Source of the DNA: Gemmatimonadota bacterium
Lineage (GTDB): Bacteria > Gemmatimonadota > Gemmatimonadetes > JACCXV01 > JAHWKZ01
DNA length: 25,854 nt
Direction: 5' to 3'
NCBI GenBank assembly: GCA_030641505.1
Contig: DAOWHI010000052.1
Location: forward strand, 1 to 25,854
Shown here: positions 1-8,443 of the stretch, one piece after another
Layout of the letters: the number at the start of each line of letters is the position of its first letter
Position numbering within the stretch: the stretch's first letter is position 1
Notes under the pieces: model-generated
Database searches by the model: none
The model's input: only the letters and a program-made list of their open reading frames with translations
What the model was told of the DNA's origin: nothing
Position numbers and translations under genes: made by a program

Positions 1-552
1 CTTGGGCATCGTCTGCCACTGCGTATAGTTCATCGGCGCGTCCGAGTGCGCCTGGGAGAAGTTGAACCGTACCCGGCGGTCATCGATCCGCTCGAGCGAT
101 GTGACGTACTGGAAGTACGCGCTGTTGGCGTAGGCGATCTCCGGTTTTTTGATCATCTCGAACGACCAGATGATGTCGTCGACCGTAGTTGGCGTACCGT
201 CGTGCCACGTGACGCCGTCGCGGATCCGGAACGTGATCGAGAGCCCGTCTTCCGCGACGCCAAAAGAATCGGCCAGGTACGGTTCGAAGTTCAGCTCCTC
301 GTCGAGGCGAAGAAGCGGCATGAAGAGCATGAAGTTGCGGACCTGGTTGGTTTCGAAATCGGTCGAGACGAGATCGTTGAACGCGTCGAAGTCGCTCACG
401 GTGGCAACGACCGCCGTGCCCCCGTTGACTGGTGCCGATTCAGGGTCCGGGCGACCGCCAGCCGATTCGCCACTCCGGCCGCAGGCGGCCATCAGCATGA
501 GGCTGAGTGCGATGGATGGGATCAGGCGGGAAAGCATCACGATTCGGGGCAA
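1..552 (-). CDS. Peptide/nickel ABC transporter substrate-binding lipoprotein (SBP family 5), 3' end truncated by the window edge
   Basis: Not in the ORF track (no stop in window). Manual translation: MPRIVMLSRLIPSIALSLMLMAAC|GRSG...GGTAVVATVSDFDAFND...EPYLADSFGVAEDGLSITFRIRDGVTWHDGTPTTVDDIIWSFE. This shows a lipobox (MAAC) and the family-5 SBP signature. TTG at 552 has GGAGGA 8 nt upstream; alternative in-frame starts are GTG 540 and ATG 537. Confidence 0.9.
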   Translation of the reverse strand, partial: MPRIVMLSRLIPSIALSLMLMAACGRSGESAGGRPDPESAPVNGGTAVVATVSDFDAFNDLVSTDFETNQVRNFMLFMPLLRLDEELNFEPYLADSFGVAEDGLSITFRIRDGVTWHDGTPTTVDDIIWSFEMIKKPEIAYANSAYFQYVTSLERIDDRRVRFNFSQAHSDAPMNYTQWQTMPK

Positions 553-579
553 GAGTATCGTCCTCCGCGTCAAAAAGTG

Positions 580-1371
580 TCAAGTCGTGGCAAGCGCGCC
601 ACAAGTGGCGTCGATCGTCGCCTCTTCCTCGGGCGTGAGTACCCCCGGGGAGAGCCTCACGTTCAGCGTCCGCTCAAAAGCCCGGGCTACGCACCCCGCC
701 ATCTCGCTGTAACTGACGGTGCGAACGGCAGCTGCGCTCACCGTGGTCGCCGCGCCGGGGTCGAGGCTGCCCGGCCATACGACGTTCAGCAAGCGATGAT
801 CACCGGCGAGCGGAATCGAGCCGTGCTGCAGAAACGCCCTCCGGGTCCTTCGCTGCGCACTGCCCACGAGCTTTTTGCCGTCGACGGTGACTTCATCGCC
901 AACCGGGGACGCGAAACACGCTAACCGATCGTCAGGGCGCAGGGCCCGCAGCCGACGCCCTGCGCCGTCGCTGGCGAGGGTCGCGCCCACTCCCAGCTCG
1001 ACCAACGCCGCAGCCAGCGCGGAGTGAATTCGTCGGTAGGCGTCCGCGCCGCGGCCAGCGAACGGCGGCACCCCTATCGGTGCCACCACGCTGTAGGTCA
1101 GCTCCTCGGCAATGGGCCCATGGTAGACCGCTCGACCGCCGGTCGGTCGGCGCACGCAATCGACGCCTCGCACGTCGAGTGTGCGGATCGCTTCAGGTTC
1201 AGGGTTGGGCTGGTGGCGCCCGATCGAAACCGCGGGCGGTGACCAGCCATAGAACCGCAAGGTGGGCGGGGTGCCCCCGTCTTCCACCGCGCTCAGAACC
1301 GCGCGGTCGCACGTCATGTTCCAGGCGCCGGGCCGGGCGCCCGTCTCGAGCAACCGCCAGCCCGCGCTCAG
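580..1371 (-). CDS. lipM: Lipoate-protein ligase family, LipM-type octanoyl-ACP:GcvH octanoyltransferase
   Basis: Motifs WRLLETG..GAWNM..D, PPTLRFYGWSPPAVSIG, VRRPTGGRAVYH, ELTYS, CFASP..DEVTVDGKKLVGSAQ (LipM-type Cys and conserved Lys). About 263 aa with no LplA C-terminal domain; in the same cluster as gcvH. Start proposed at CTG 1371, overlapping the upstream TGA; GTG about 36 nt further upstream is the alternative. Confidence 0.8.
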   Translation of the reverse strand: MSAGWRLLETGARPGAWNMTCDRAVLSAVEDGGTPPTLRFYGWSPPAVSIGRHQPNPEPEAIRTLDVRGVDCVRRPTGGRAVYHGPIAEELTYSVVAPIGVPPFAGRGADAYRRIHSALAAALVELGVGATLASDGAGRRLRALRPDDRLACFASPVGDEVTVDGKKLVGSAQRRTRRAFLQHGSIPLAGDHRLLNVVWPGSLDPGAATTVSAAAVRTVSYSEMAGCVARAFERTLNVRLSPGVLTPEEEATIDATCGALATT

Positions 1372-2054
1372 AAATCGACGCTCTCGCCGGGTGTCAGCAC
1401 CGTGCACTGAGTCGATGTCTCGCCCTCCACGTGCGCTTTCCACGCCGCCGCGTCTTGAGCGATGAGGTCGAACGTATCGTAGTGCATCGGTACGACCAGC
1501 TTGGGCTCAAGAAACTTGACCGCTTGGAGCGCGTCATCGGGTCCCATGGTGAAGTTGTCACCAATCGGCAGACAAGCGCAGTCGAACGAATACAGACGTC
1601 CCAACAGCTGGATATCGGCCGTCAGCGCCGTGTCGCCGGCGTGGTAGAGAACTCTATCGTCGGCGGTGATCACGATTCCGCAAGGCGTTGTCGAGTACTT
1701 CGGATCAGCTTCGGTCATCGAGCCATGCGCGGCGGGCACCAGCTTCACGTGCCCGAACGAAAACTCGTGACCACCACCACACGCCAACGGATGTGCTTCG
1801 CAGCCTTGTTCTATTGCCAATTGCGCCAATTCGTACGCAGCTACGACGAGCGCTCCAGTACGTTTCGCGATCGACACCGTGTCACCCCAGTGATCCCCGT
1901 GCCCATGGCTCAGCGCGATCGCGTCGATGCCGTTCAGCTCGTCGGGGCCCACGTCAGCTTTTGGATTGCCGGATAGGAACGGGTCGATCAAGATCTTCCC
2001 GCGCGCGGTTTCGTACTCGAAGCATGAGTGTCCATGCCAGGTCAGCTTAGCCAT
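1368..2054 (-). CDS. UPF0173/YtkL-like metal-dependent hydrolase (metallo-beta-lactamase fold)
   Basis: MAKLTWHGHSCF, IDPFL, SHGHGDH (HxHxDH), AAHGS, YHAGDT, LPIGDNFTMGP, PMHYDTF. ATG 2054 is preceded by AAAGGAGG directly after the gcvP stop. Confidence 0.9.
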   Translation of the reverse strand: MAKLTWHGHSCFEYETARGKILIDPFLSGNPKADVGPDELNGIDAIALSHGHGDHWGDTVSIAKRTGALVVAAYELAQLAIEQGCEAHPLACGGGHEFSFGHVKLVPAAHGSMTEADPKYSTTPCGIVITADDRVLYHAGDTALTADIQLLGRLYSFDCACLPIGDNFTMGPDDALQAVKFLEPKLVVPMHYDTFDLIAQDAAAWKAHVEGETSTQCTVLTPGESVDF

Positions 2055-2067
2055 CGAACCCCTCCTT

Positions 2068-4956
2068 TCACGACGAATGGGACGTCGCAGCCGCCGCGGA
2101 CTCGGATTCGTACGCCTCGATCGGTGGACACGCGCAGACCAAGTTGCGATCACCGAAGGCTGCGTCGACCCGTGCCACCGCCGGCCACACCTTACGCTCG
2201 TACGACTCGGCGGTGGGGAACGCTGCGCGCTCCCGCGAATACGGGTGGGGCCACATGTCCGCCGCGAGCGCGGCCAGTGTATGGGGTGCGTTCACGAGCA
2301 GGTTGTCGTCTCTGTCGGCGACGCCGGTCTCGATCTCGCGGATCTCCTCGCGGATCGCGATCAGCGCATCGCAGAATCGATCCAGTTCCTCTTTCGATTC
2401 GCTCTCGGTCGGCTCGACCATCAACGTGCCGACTACTGGAAACGATACCGTCGGCGCGTGAAAACCGTAGTCAATGAGACGCTTCGCGATATCCTCGACG
2501 TCAACGCCGCTGGTATCGCGAAACGGTCGGGGATCGAGAATGCACTCGTGCCCAATCAAACCGTTTGCTCCGGCGTACAGGAGATCGTATTCGCCCTCCA
2601 ATCGACGAGCGATGTAATTGGCGTTGAGGATCGCGACCTGGCTCGCCTTTTTGAGCCCGTCGGCCCCCATCAACCGGATGTACGCCCATGAGATCGGCAG
2701 GATCGATGGGCTCCCCCACGGTGCGGCCGAAACAGTTCCAAGCGATTCCGGCACACCCAGCCCGACGATCGGGTGATCGGGCAAATAAGGCGTCAAGTGC
2801 GCGGCCACGCCGATCGGCCCCATGCCCGGCCCACCGCCCCCGTGAGGAATGCAGAAAGTCTTGTGGAGGTTCAAGTGCGCGACATCAGCACCGTACTCTG
2901 CGGGACGGCACAGCCCGACTTGAGCGTTCAGGTTAGCGCCATCGATGTACACCTGTCCGCCACACGCGTGGATGATGTCACAAACTTCGCGGATGGTGGC
3001 CTCAAACACCCCGTGCGTTGACGGGTACGTGACCATGATTGCGCCAAGCGAATCCCGGTGTTCGTCAGCTTTGGCGCGCAAGTCGTCGATGTCGATGTTG
3101 CCTTTGTCATCGGTGGCGATGGGTACGACCCGCATGCCGGCCATGACCGCGCTGGCTGGGTTCGTTCCGTGCGCCGAGTTGGGGATCAAGCACGTCGTCC
3201 GATCGCGTTCCCCTCGCGACTGGTGGTACGCCCGGATCGCCAGCAGTCCCGTAAGCTCGCCCTGTGAACCCGCGTTCGGCTGCATCGATACCGCCGCGAA
3301 CCCAGTGATCTCGGACAGCTGGACTTCGAGTTCGGCGATCAGCGATTCGTAGCCGCGAGCCTGATCGCGGGGCGCGAACGGGTGGATGTTCCCAAACGCT
3401 TCCCATGTGATCGGAATCATTTCCGTCGTTGCATTGAGCTTCATCGTGCACGAACCCAGCGGGATCATCCCGTGGGTGAGCGAGAAGTCACGGTTCTCAA
3501 GCCGCTTGAGGTAGCGCAACATCTCGGTTTCGGAGCGATAGTTGTGAAACACCGGGTGCGTAAGAAAAGGCGACGTTCGTTCGAGGTTACCGGGGATCGC
3601 ACCAGGCTCGCTGGAAGAGGAGCCACCGGCCTCTAGCGAAACTTCGTCGCGAGCAAACACTTGGAGCAGGTCATCCACGTCGTTCGCGGTCGTCGTCTCG
3701 TCGAGCGACACGCCGAGCCGAACGTCGGAGATCGGTCTTAGGTTGATGCCGTGCTCGGCAGCCGTTTGATGGATCGGCGCTGCGTTTTCGACTTCGATGG
3801 TTAGCGTGTCGAAGTACGTATCGTTAACGACGCGATGACCGAGCGCCCGCAAACCTGTCGCCAGCCGCTGCGTGAGACCGTGGACCCGACAGGCGATTCG
3901 CTCGAGCCCCTCAGGACCATGGTAGGCGCCGTACATCGCCGCCACGACGGCGAGCAGGACTTGCGCCGTGCAGACGTTGCTGGTCGCCCGTTCCTTTCGG
4001 ATGTGTTGCTCGCGCGTTTGCAGCGCCATTCTGAGCGCTGGATCACCGGCTGCGTCGCGCGTCAGGCCGATAATCCGCCCCGGCACCTTGCGAGCGAACT
4101 CAGTGCGGGTGGCATAGAACGCGGCGTGCGGCCCGCCATACCCCATAGGCACACCAAACCGTTGACTGTTGCCGATCGCGATATCAGCGCCCCACTCACC
4201 CGGCGGAGATAGCAGCGTAAGTGCCAGCAGATCGGTCGCCACCGTTACCAGTGCGTCCGCTGTATGAGCGCGCTCGCACAATGTTCGGTAGTCAACGATC
4301 GTGCCCTCGGTCGTCGGGTACTGAACCAACACCCCGGCCGTATCGGGACCGATCTCGGCGTCGAGCGCATCAACGACCCGGATATCGATCTCGCGCGCCG
4401 CGGCCCGCGTCTCGACGACCGCGATCGTCTGCGGGTGGCAGCCCCGATCGACGAGAAACACGTTGCGACCCTGTCTCACACGAGCCGACATCGCCATCGC
4501 CTCGGCCGCCGCCGTCGCCTCATCAAGCAACGACGCGTTGGCGACCTCGAGGCCGGTCAGGTCAGAGACCATCGTCTGGAATGTGAGCAGTGCCTCCATA
4601 CGACCCTGAGCGATCTCGGCTTGGTAAGGTGTGTAGGCGGTATACCAGCCGGGATTCTCGAGAATGTTCCGCAGAATCACCGGCGGCGTGATACAACCGT
4701 AGTAGCCCATGCCGATGTAGGAACGGTACACCTCATTCTGGCTGGCCATCGATCGCAGCTCGGCGAGGACCTGCTCTTCCGTAGCGGCCGGCGGAAGATC
4801 GAGCTCGTCGGCCAATTGGATTTCCGTGGGGACAACCGCGGCGGTCAGCTCATCAAGGCTCGAGTAGCCGAGCGGTTCGAGCATCGCCCCGATGTCACCA
4901 TCACGCGGTCCGATGTGTCGGTCGGCGAACCGGTCCGGTGGTGGGATAGCCGTCAT
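2068..4956 (-). CDS. gcvP: Glycine dehydrogenase (decarboxylating), single-chain P protein
   Basis: 962 aa; [70 protein letters not shown]-lysine motif [33 protein letters not shown]. Confidence 0.99.
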   Translation of the reverse strand: MTAIPPPDRFADRHIGPRDGDIGAMLEPLGYSSLDELTAAVVPTEIQLADELDLPPAATEEQVLAELRSMASQNEVYRSYIGMGYYGCITPPVILRNILENPGWYTAYTPYQAEIAQGRMEALLTFQTMVSDLTGLEVANASLLDEATAAAEAMAMSARVRQGRNVFLVDRGCHPQTIAVVETRAAAREIDIRVVDALDAEIGPDTAGVLVQYPTTEGTIVDYRTLCERAHTADALVTVATDLLALTLLSPPGEWGADIAIGNSQRFGVPMGYGGPHAAFYATRTEFARKVPGRIIGLTRDAAGDPALRMALQTREQHIRKERATSNVCTAQVLLAVVAAMYGAYHGPEGLERIACRVHGLTQRLATGLRALGHRVVNDTYFDTLTIEVENAAPIHQTAAEHGINLRPISDVRLGVSLDETTTANDVDDLLQVFARDEVSLEAGGSSSSEPGAIPGNLERTSPFLTHPVFHNYRSETEMLRYLKRLENRDFSLTHGMIPLGSCTMKLNATTEMIPITWEAFGNIHPFAPRDQARGYESLIAELEVQLSEITGFAAVSMQPNAGSQGELTGLLAIRAYHQSRGERDRTTCLIPNSAHGTNPASAVMAGMRVVPIATDDKGNIDIDDLRAKADEHRDSLGAIMVTYPSTHGVFEATIREVCDIIHACGGQVYIDGANLNAQVGLCRPAEYGADVAHLNLHKTFCIPHGGGGPGMGPIGVAAHLTPYLPDHPIVGLGVPESLGTVSAAPWGSPSILPISWAYIRLMGADGLKKASQVAILNANYIARRLEGEYDLLYAGANGLIGHECILDPRPFRDTSGVDVEDIAKRLIDYGFHAPTVSFPVVGTLMVEPTESESKEELDRFCDALIAIREEIREIETGVADRDDNLLVNAPHTLAALAADMWPHPYSRERAAFPTAESYERKVWPAVARVDAAFGDRNLVCACPPIEAYESESAAAATSHSS

Positions 4957-4968
4957 TTGCGTGAGAGC

Positions 4969-5355
4969 CTAGCCGATATGTTGTTGATACGCGTCGGCGT
5001 CGAGGAGCCCCTCGACCGCTGACCGGTCGTCGACGCGCAGGCGGATCATCCAACCCTCGCCGTAGGGGTCGGTGTTGACCAGTTCCGGACGATCGTCGAG
5101 CACGGCGTTGACTTCGGTGATCTCGCCGCTGAACGGTGCTAACAGATCGGCCACTGTCTTGACCGCTTCGATCGTGCCGGCGGAGTCACCCTTCGCAACC
5201 GTGGCGCCGACCTCAGGGAGCTCGAGAAACACGACATCACCCAACTCACCCTGGGCGTAGTCGGTGATCCCGATGGTGGCGATGCCACTCTCACCATCGA
5301 ACGCCACCCACTCATGATCCTCCGAATAGCGGAATTTGTCGGGCACGTTGGACAT
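4969..5355 (-). CDS. gcvH: Glycine cleavage system H protein
   Basis: YSEDHEWV, GITDYAQGELGDVVFLELP, lipoyl-lysine motif IEAVKTVADL, VNTDPYGEGWMI; SD CAGGAG upstream. Confidence 0.99.
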   Translation of the reverse strand: MSNVPDKFRYSEDHEWVAFDGESGIATIGITDYAQGELGDVVFLELPEVGATVAKGDSAGTIEAVKTVADLLAPFSGEITEVNAVLDDRPELVNTDPYGEGWMIRLRVDDRSAVEGLLDADAYQQHIG

Positions 5356-5402
5356 GCGGCTCTCCTGGATAGCTTCGCGAGTGGGTGGGTACGAGTGTGG
5401 AA

Positions 5403-5431
5403 ACGTTAGCGGCCCGTTTTTGACCCGTCAA
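5403..5431 (-). promoter_or_regulatory. Putative sigma70-type promoter for the gcvH operon, with a palindrome overlapping the -35
   Basis: Minus strand TTGACG (5431-5426), 17 nt, TAACGT (5408-5403). Palindrome TTGAC-CC-GTCAA at 5420-5431. Confidence 0.55.
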
Positions 5432-6195
5432 CGATTTGCAGACTGTGTCGCACCCCCCCGCTGAACCTCTACAAACGGAGTCGAGCAAGGTGCGCCATCA
5501 GCGTAGCTGAGCTCGATCGAGCCCCCCGTTCCAGGTGAACCAACCCGCCACACCGCCGCGCTCCGCGTCCCGTACCGCTCACCGTGCAGACACAACGCGT
5601 CGTCTCCGGAGTGCCCGTGGTCGCCTAGAATCAGCGCCAGCGTCGACACCAACGACTCCGGCGCCGGCGATCCGGCAGGCAAGTCCCATAGACCGGCCGC
5701 CCCGAGGAGTTCGATCGCCCGCTTCACCTTTGGCTCCGACGCGGTGTCATCGATGGCGCGATTGGTGACAATGCGGCAACCGGTCTCGAGGGGCCGCGCG
5801 GTTGCGCGACCGTCGGCGTACTCGGCCAGGTAGCCACCGTCAGCATCGATGGTGAGCAGGTTAAACGCGTTGTAGCGGTGGTCCAAGCGCGTCAGCTGGG
5901 CCACGACCTCGCTGCTGGACGCGCAACTCAGCAAATCTCGGCATAACAGGCCCCGCGACCGGCGGTCGCGTTCGATCGGACAGTGCTCGGCGTTCGTCAG
6001 CCCGATCCACAATCCCGTTTCGTTGGCGCCCATCCATGTTCCACCGGCCTCGTCGTCGCGCGGCGCCAGAAACCGCGGTCGATCGCCTCCCCATGCGGGA
6101 GGCGAAGCCGGCCGCGCGTACGCCTCGTCCCGGTTGGTCGCTACTATGAGGAGCGCGTCGTCAAAAACGTGGTGAAAAGCGATCAGCGTGCACAC
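5428..6195 (-). CDS. NRDE / TANGO2 family protein (Ntn-hydrolase-like fold)
   Basis: N-terminus MCTLI (Cys at position 2), literal ATNRDEAYARP motif, PRD..AGGTWMG.N..G, RSRGLL, YNAFNLL, YGTRS; GTG start. Confidence 0.92.
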   Translation of the reverse strand: MCTLIAFHHVFDDALLIVATNRDEAYARPASPPAWGGDRPRFLAPRDDEAGGTWMGANETGLWIGLTNAEHCPIERDRRSRGLLCRDLLSCASSSEVVAQLTRLDHRYNAFNLLTIDADGGYLAEYADGRATARPLETGCRIVTNRAIDDTASEPKVKRAIELLGAAGLWDLPAGSPAPESLVSTLALILGDHGHSGDDALCLHGERYGTRSAAVWRVGSPGTGGSIELSYADGAPCSTPFVEVQRGGATQSANR

Positions 6196-6213
6196 GACAG
6201 TGCTAACGCCTTG

Positions 6214-6618
6214 TCAATCGTCGTAGCGGCGGTACTCGGCCCAGGTGTCACGCCTGGCCATCCGTCGAAACCCCGCGAAGATCAGGACACCGATCGTCAG
6301 GTGCAGCAACAACAGCGCCAAGGCGATGATCGAAAAGGCGTCGTCGAGCAGCGTCTTGAGGTAGATCGCCGAGTAGACGAGGTACAGCACACCCAAAGTG
6401 AGGAGAGCGAACTTGCCGAATCTGGAAGGCTTCCCGCGACCGCGCACCGCCTGTCGTACAACCGCCGCATTCTGGTGGATAGCCACAAACGGATCGTACA
6501 CGCTGCGATCGAGTGGGACACCACATCGCTCGCATGCAGCCTGAACACCCGGCTGCAGGTGACCACACTGATCGCAAAACGTCAACGCGGTATCGTCTTC
6601 CCACGATTCAGAGCTCAT
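6214..6618 (-). CDS. Hypothetical membrane protein with N-terminal zinc ribbon and two TM helices
   Basis: From ATG 6618 (134 aa): CDQC-x10-CERC, then two hydrophobic stretches (FALLTLGVLYLVYSAIYL; FSIIALALLLLHLTIGVLIFAGF). The ORF-track extension overlaps the divergent gene and was discarded. Confidence 0.75.
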   Translation of the reverse strand: MSSESWEDDTALTFCDQCGHLQPGVQAACERCGVPLDRSVYDPFVAIHQNAAVVRQAVRGRGKPSRFGKFALLTLGVLYLVYSAIYLKTLLDDAFSIIALALLLLHLTIGVLIFAGFRRMARRDTWAEYRRYDD

Positions 6619-6624
6619 GGGCTC

Positions 6625-6630
6625 AATATA
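6625..6630 (-). promoter_or_regulatory. Putative -10 element of a leaderless transcript
   Basis: TATATT lies 6 nt upstream of ATG 6618, with no SD. Confidence 0.45.
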
Positions 6631-6694
6631 CCGGCCGGGTGGTACGTTGTACGACCATTGGTCACCGCTTAGTGCACACCGATTAGGAGCGATC

Positions 6695-8443
6695 ATGAAA
6701 GCCGTATTCCCGATTCTGCTCGCGCTGGCCACGCTCGCGCTGGTGGCGACGTCGGCCCGCGCGCAACGGAACTCCGACGAGGAGCTCGACACGGTGGTCG
6801 AGGCCTTTCTCGATCGATACTTCGACTTTTACCCGACCGCCGCGATGCGGGCCGGCCTGCACGACTACGACGGTCGCCTCGGCGATCGGAGCGCCGCCGC
6901 GATCGAAGCCTACCTGGCAGACATCGACGTGTTCGAGGAGCGGCTCCTGGCGGTTGCGCAGGAGGAGCTCTCGCCCGACCAGCAGGTGGACCGCGTAGTC
7001 ATTCTGCGCCAAATCGATCGCGACCAATTCTGGTTGGAGGAGCTGGCGACGTGGCGCAATAACCCGCGCTACTACGCCGGCCAGATGGATCTCACGTTGC
7101 TGCTGTTGCTCGATTACGCTCCACTCGAGAAGCGGATGGTGTCGATCGTCGAGCGACTCGAGCAGTTTCCGAGCCTGGTGGCAGCCGCGCGCGCAAACAT
7201 CGACAACCCACCGCGTCCGTTCATCGAGACGGCGCTGATCACGTACCGCGGGCTACCTAACTTCCTCGAGAAGGATCTCGTCACAGCGTTAGCATCGGTC
7301 GACGATCCGGAGCTCCAGCAGCGATTCCGGCGGGCGATACAACAAGCGGCAGCCGCGCTAAGCGACTACGCCTACGAGCTCCAGATGCGGCTGGGAACAC
7401 CGCCCTTTGGCGAGTACGCGATGGGCGCCGAGAGCTACCGGCGCATGAACTCGCACCTGTCGGCGGTCGACCTGCCGCTCGACCAACTGAAATCGATCGG
7501 CGAAGAAGAGCTTGCCCGGCTCCAGAACCTCGCCTACGAGCTCGCGCTCGAGATCACCGGCGATGTTGAGAACCCCAACCGCGACGAAGTCGTGCTCGCG
7601 GCGTTTGACGCGATCGGTTTGGATCAGCCGGCGCCGGATGAGATCGTCAGCAGCGCCGCCGACGTCATCGGTGACCTGAGAACGTTTGTCGACGAGACAG
7701 CGATCGGGACGGTGCTGCCAGGCGACGTCGAGGTTCGAGCGATCCCACCGTTTCGACGGACGAACTTCGCCTACATTTTCATCCCCGGTCCGTTCGAGAC
7801 CGCTGCCACGACTGGTTTTTACTTCATACAACCGGTCGAGGAGAATTGGTCGGATGCGGTCAAAACAGAGTTTCTGACTCGCAACAACGACTGGGCGATC
7901 TTGAACACCAGCGGTCACGAGGCGTATCCAGGCCACTATCACCACTACAATCACATCAACCGTGCCCCGACTCGGGCCCAGCAACTGTTGACTGCATACG
8001 TCACGACCGAGGGGTGGGCCCACTACGGCGAGGAGATGAGCTGGCGCCAGGGTCTGGGCGGTGGCGGACCCAGGCTCGGACTGGCAGTTGTCCAGGACGC
8101 GCTGCTTAGGGTCGTCCGCTACTTGACATCAATCGGCCTCCACACCGAAGGCATGTCGGTCGAGACAGCCGAGGAAATGTTCCACCGAGTGGCCTATCAG
8201 GACTCGGTCAACGCGCGCCAGCAAGCGCTGCGCGGGACCTACGACCCGGAGTACCTGAACTACACGTTGGGCAAGCTGATGATCTTACGCTTGCGAGACG
8301 ACGCGCGGGCGGGGGCCGAAGCCCGTGGCGAACCTTTCGATCTCAAGGCGTTCCACGACGACTTCATGAGCCGCGGCGCACCACCGGTCCCGTGGGTTGG
8401 CCGGCGGATGCTGAACGATCCGGAGTGGCATCCGTTTCGTTGA
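6695..8443 (+). CDS. DUF885 family secreted protein (probable zinc metallopeptidase)
   Basis: SD TAGGAG before ATG 6695; signal peptide MKAVFPILLALATLALVATSARA; motifs HEAYPGHYHH, EGWAHYGE, YTLGKLMILRLR, FDLKAFHD. Confidence 0.88.
   Translation: MKAVFPILLALATLALVATSARAQRNSDEELDTVVEAFLDRYFDFYPTAAMRAGLHDYDGRLGDRSAAAIEAYLADIDVFEERLLAVAQEELSPDQQVDRVVILRQIDRDQFWLEELATWRNNPRYYAGQMDLTLLLLLDYAPLEKRMVSIVERLEQFPSLVAAARANIDNPPRPFIETALITYRGLPNFLEKDLVTALASVDDPELQQRFRRAIQQAAAALSDYAYELQMRLGTPPFGEYAMGAESYRRMNSHLSAVDLPLDQLKSIGEEELARLQNLAYELALEITGDVENPNRDEVVLAAFDAIGLDQPAPDEIVSSAADVIGDLRTFVDETAIGTVLPGDVEVRAIPPFRRTNFAYIFIPGPFETAATTGFYFIQPVEENWSDAVKTEFLTRNNDWAILNTSGHEAYPGHYHHYNHINRAPTRAQQLLTAYVTTEGWAHYGEEMSWRQGLGGGGPRLGLAVVQDALLRVVRYLTSIGLHTEGMSVETAEEMFHRVAYQDSVNARQQALRGTYDPEYLNYTLGKLMILRLRDDARAGAEARGEPFDLKAFHDDFMSRGAPPVPWVGRRMLNDPEWHPFR

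Noticed and set aside
46-5022. Long plus-strand ORFs (46-924, 1080-1976, 1927-2691, 4264-5022)
   Set aside because: Antisense shadows of well-supported minus-strand genes, expected in high-GC DNA; Arg/Pro-rich or motif-less.
5356-5427. Glycine riboswitch upstream of gcvH (GGAGAG seen)
   Set aside because: Only 72 bp available, no aptamer stems or other conserved elements; GGAGAG is best read as the SD.
6189-6217. Perfect TTGACA upstream of NRDE as a promoter
   Set aside because: No -10 at 16-18 bp, and that position falls inside the coding start.
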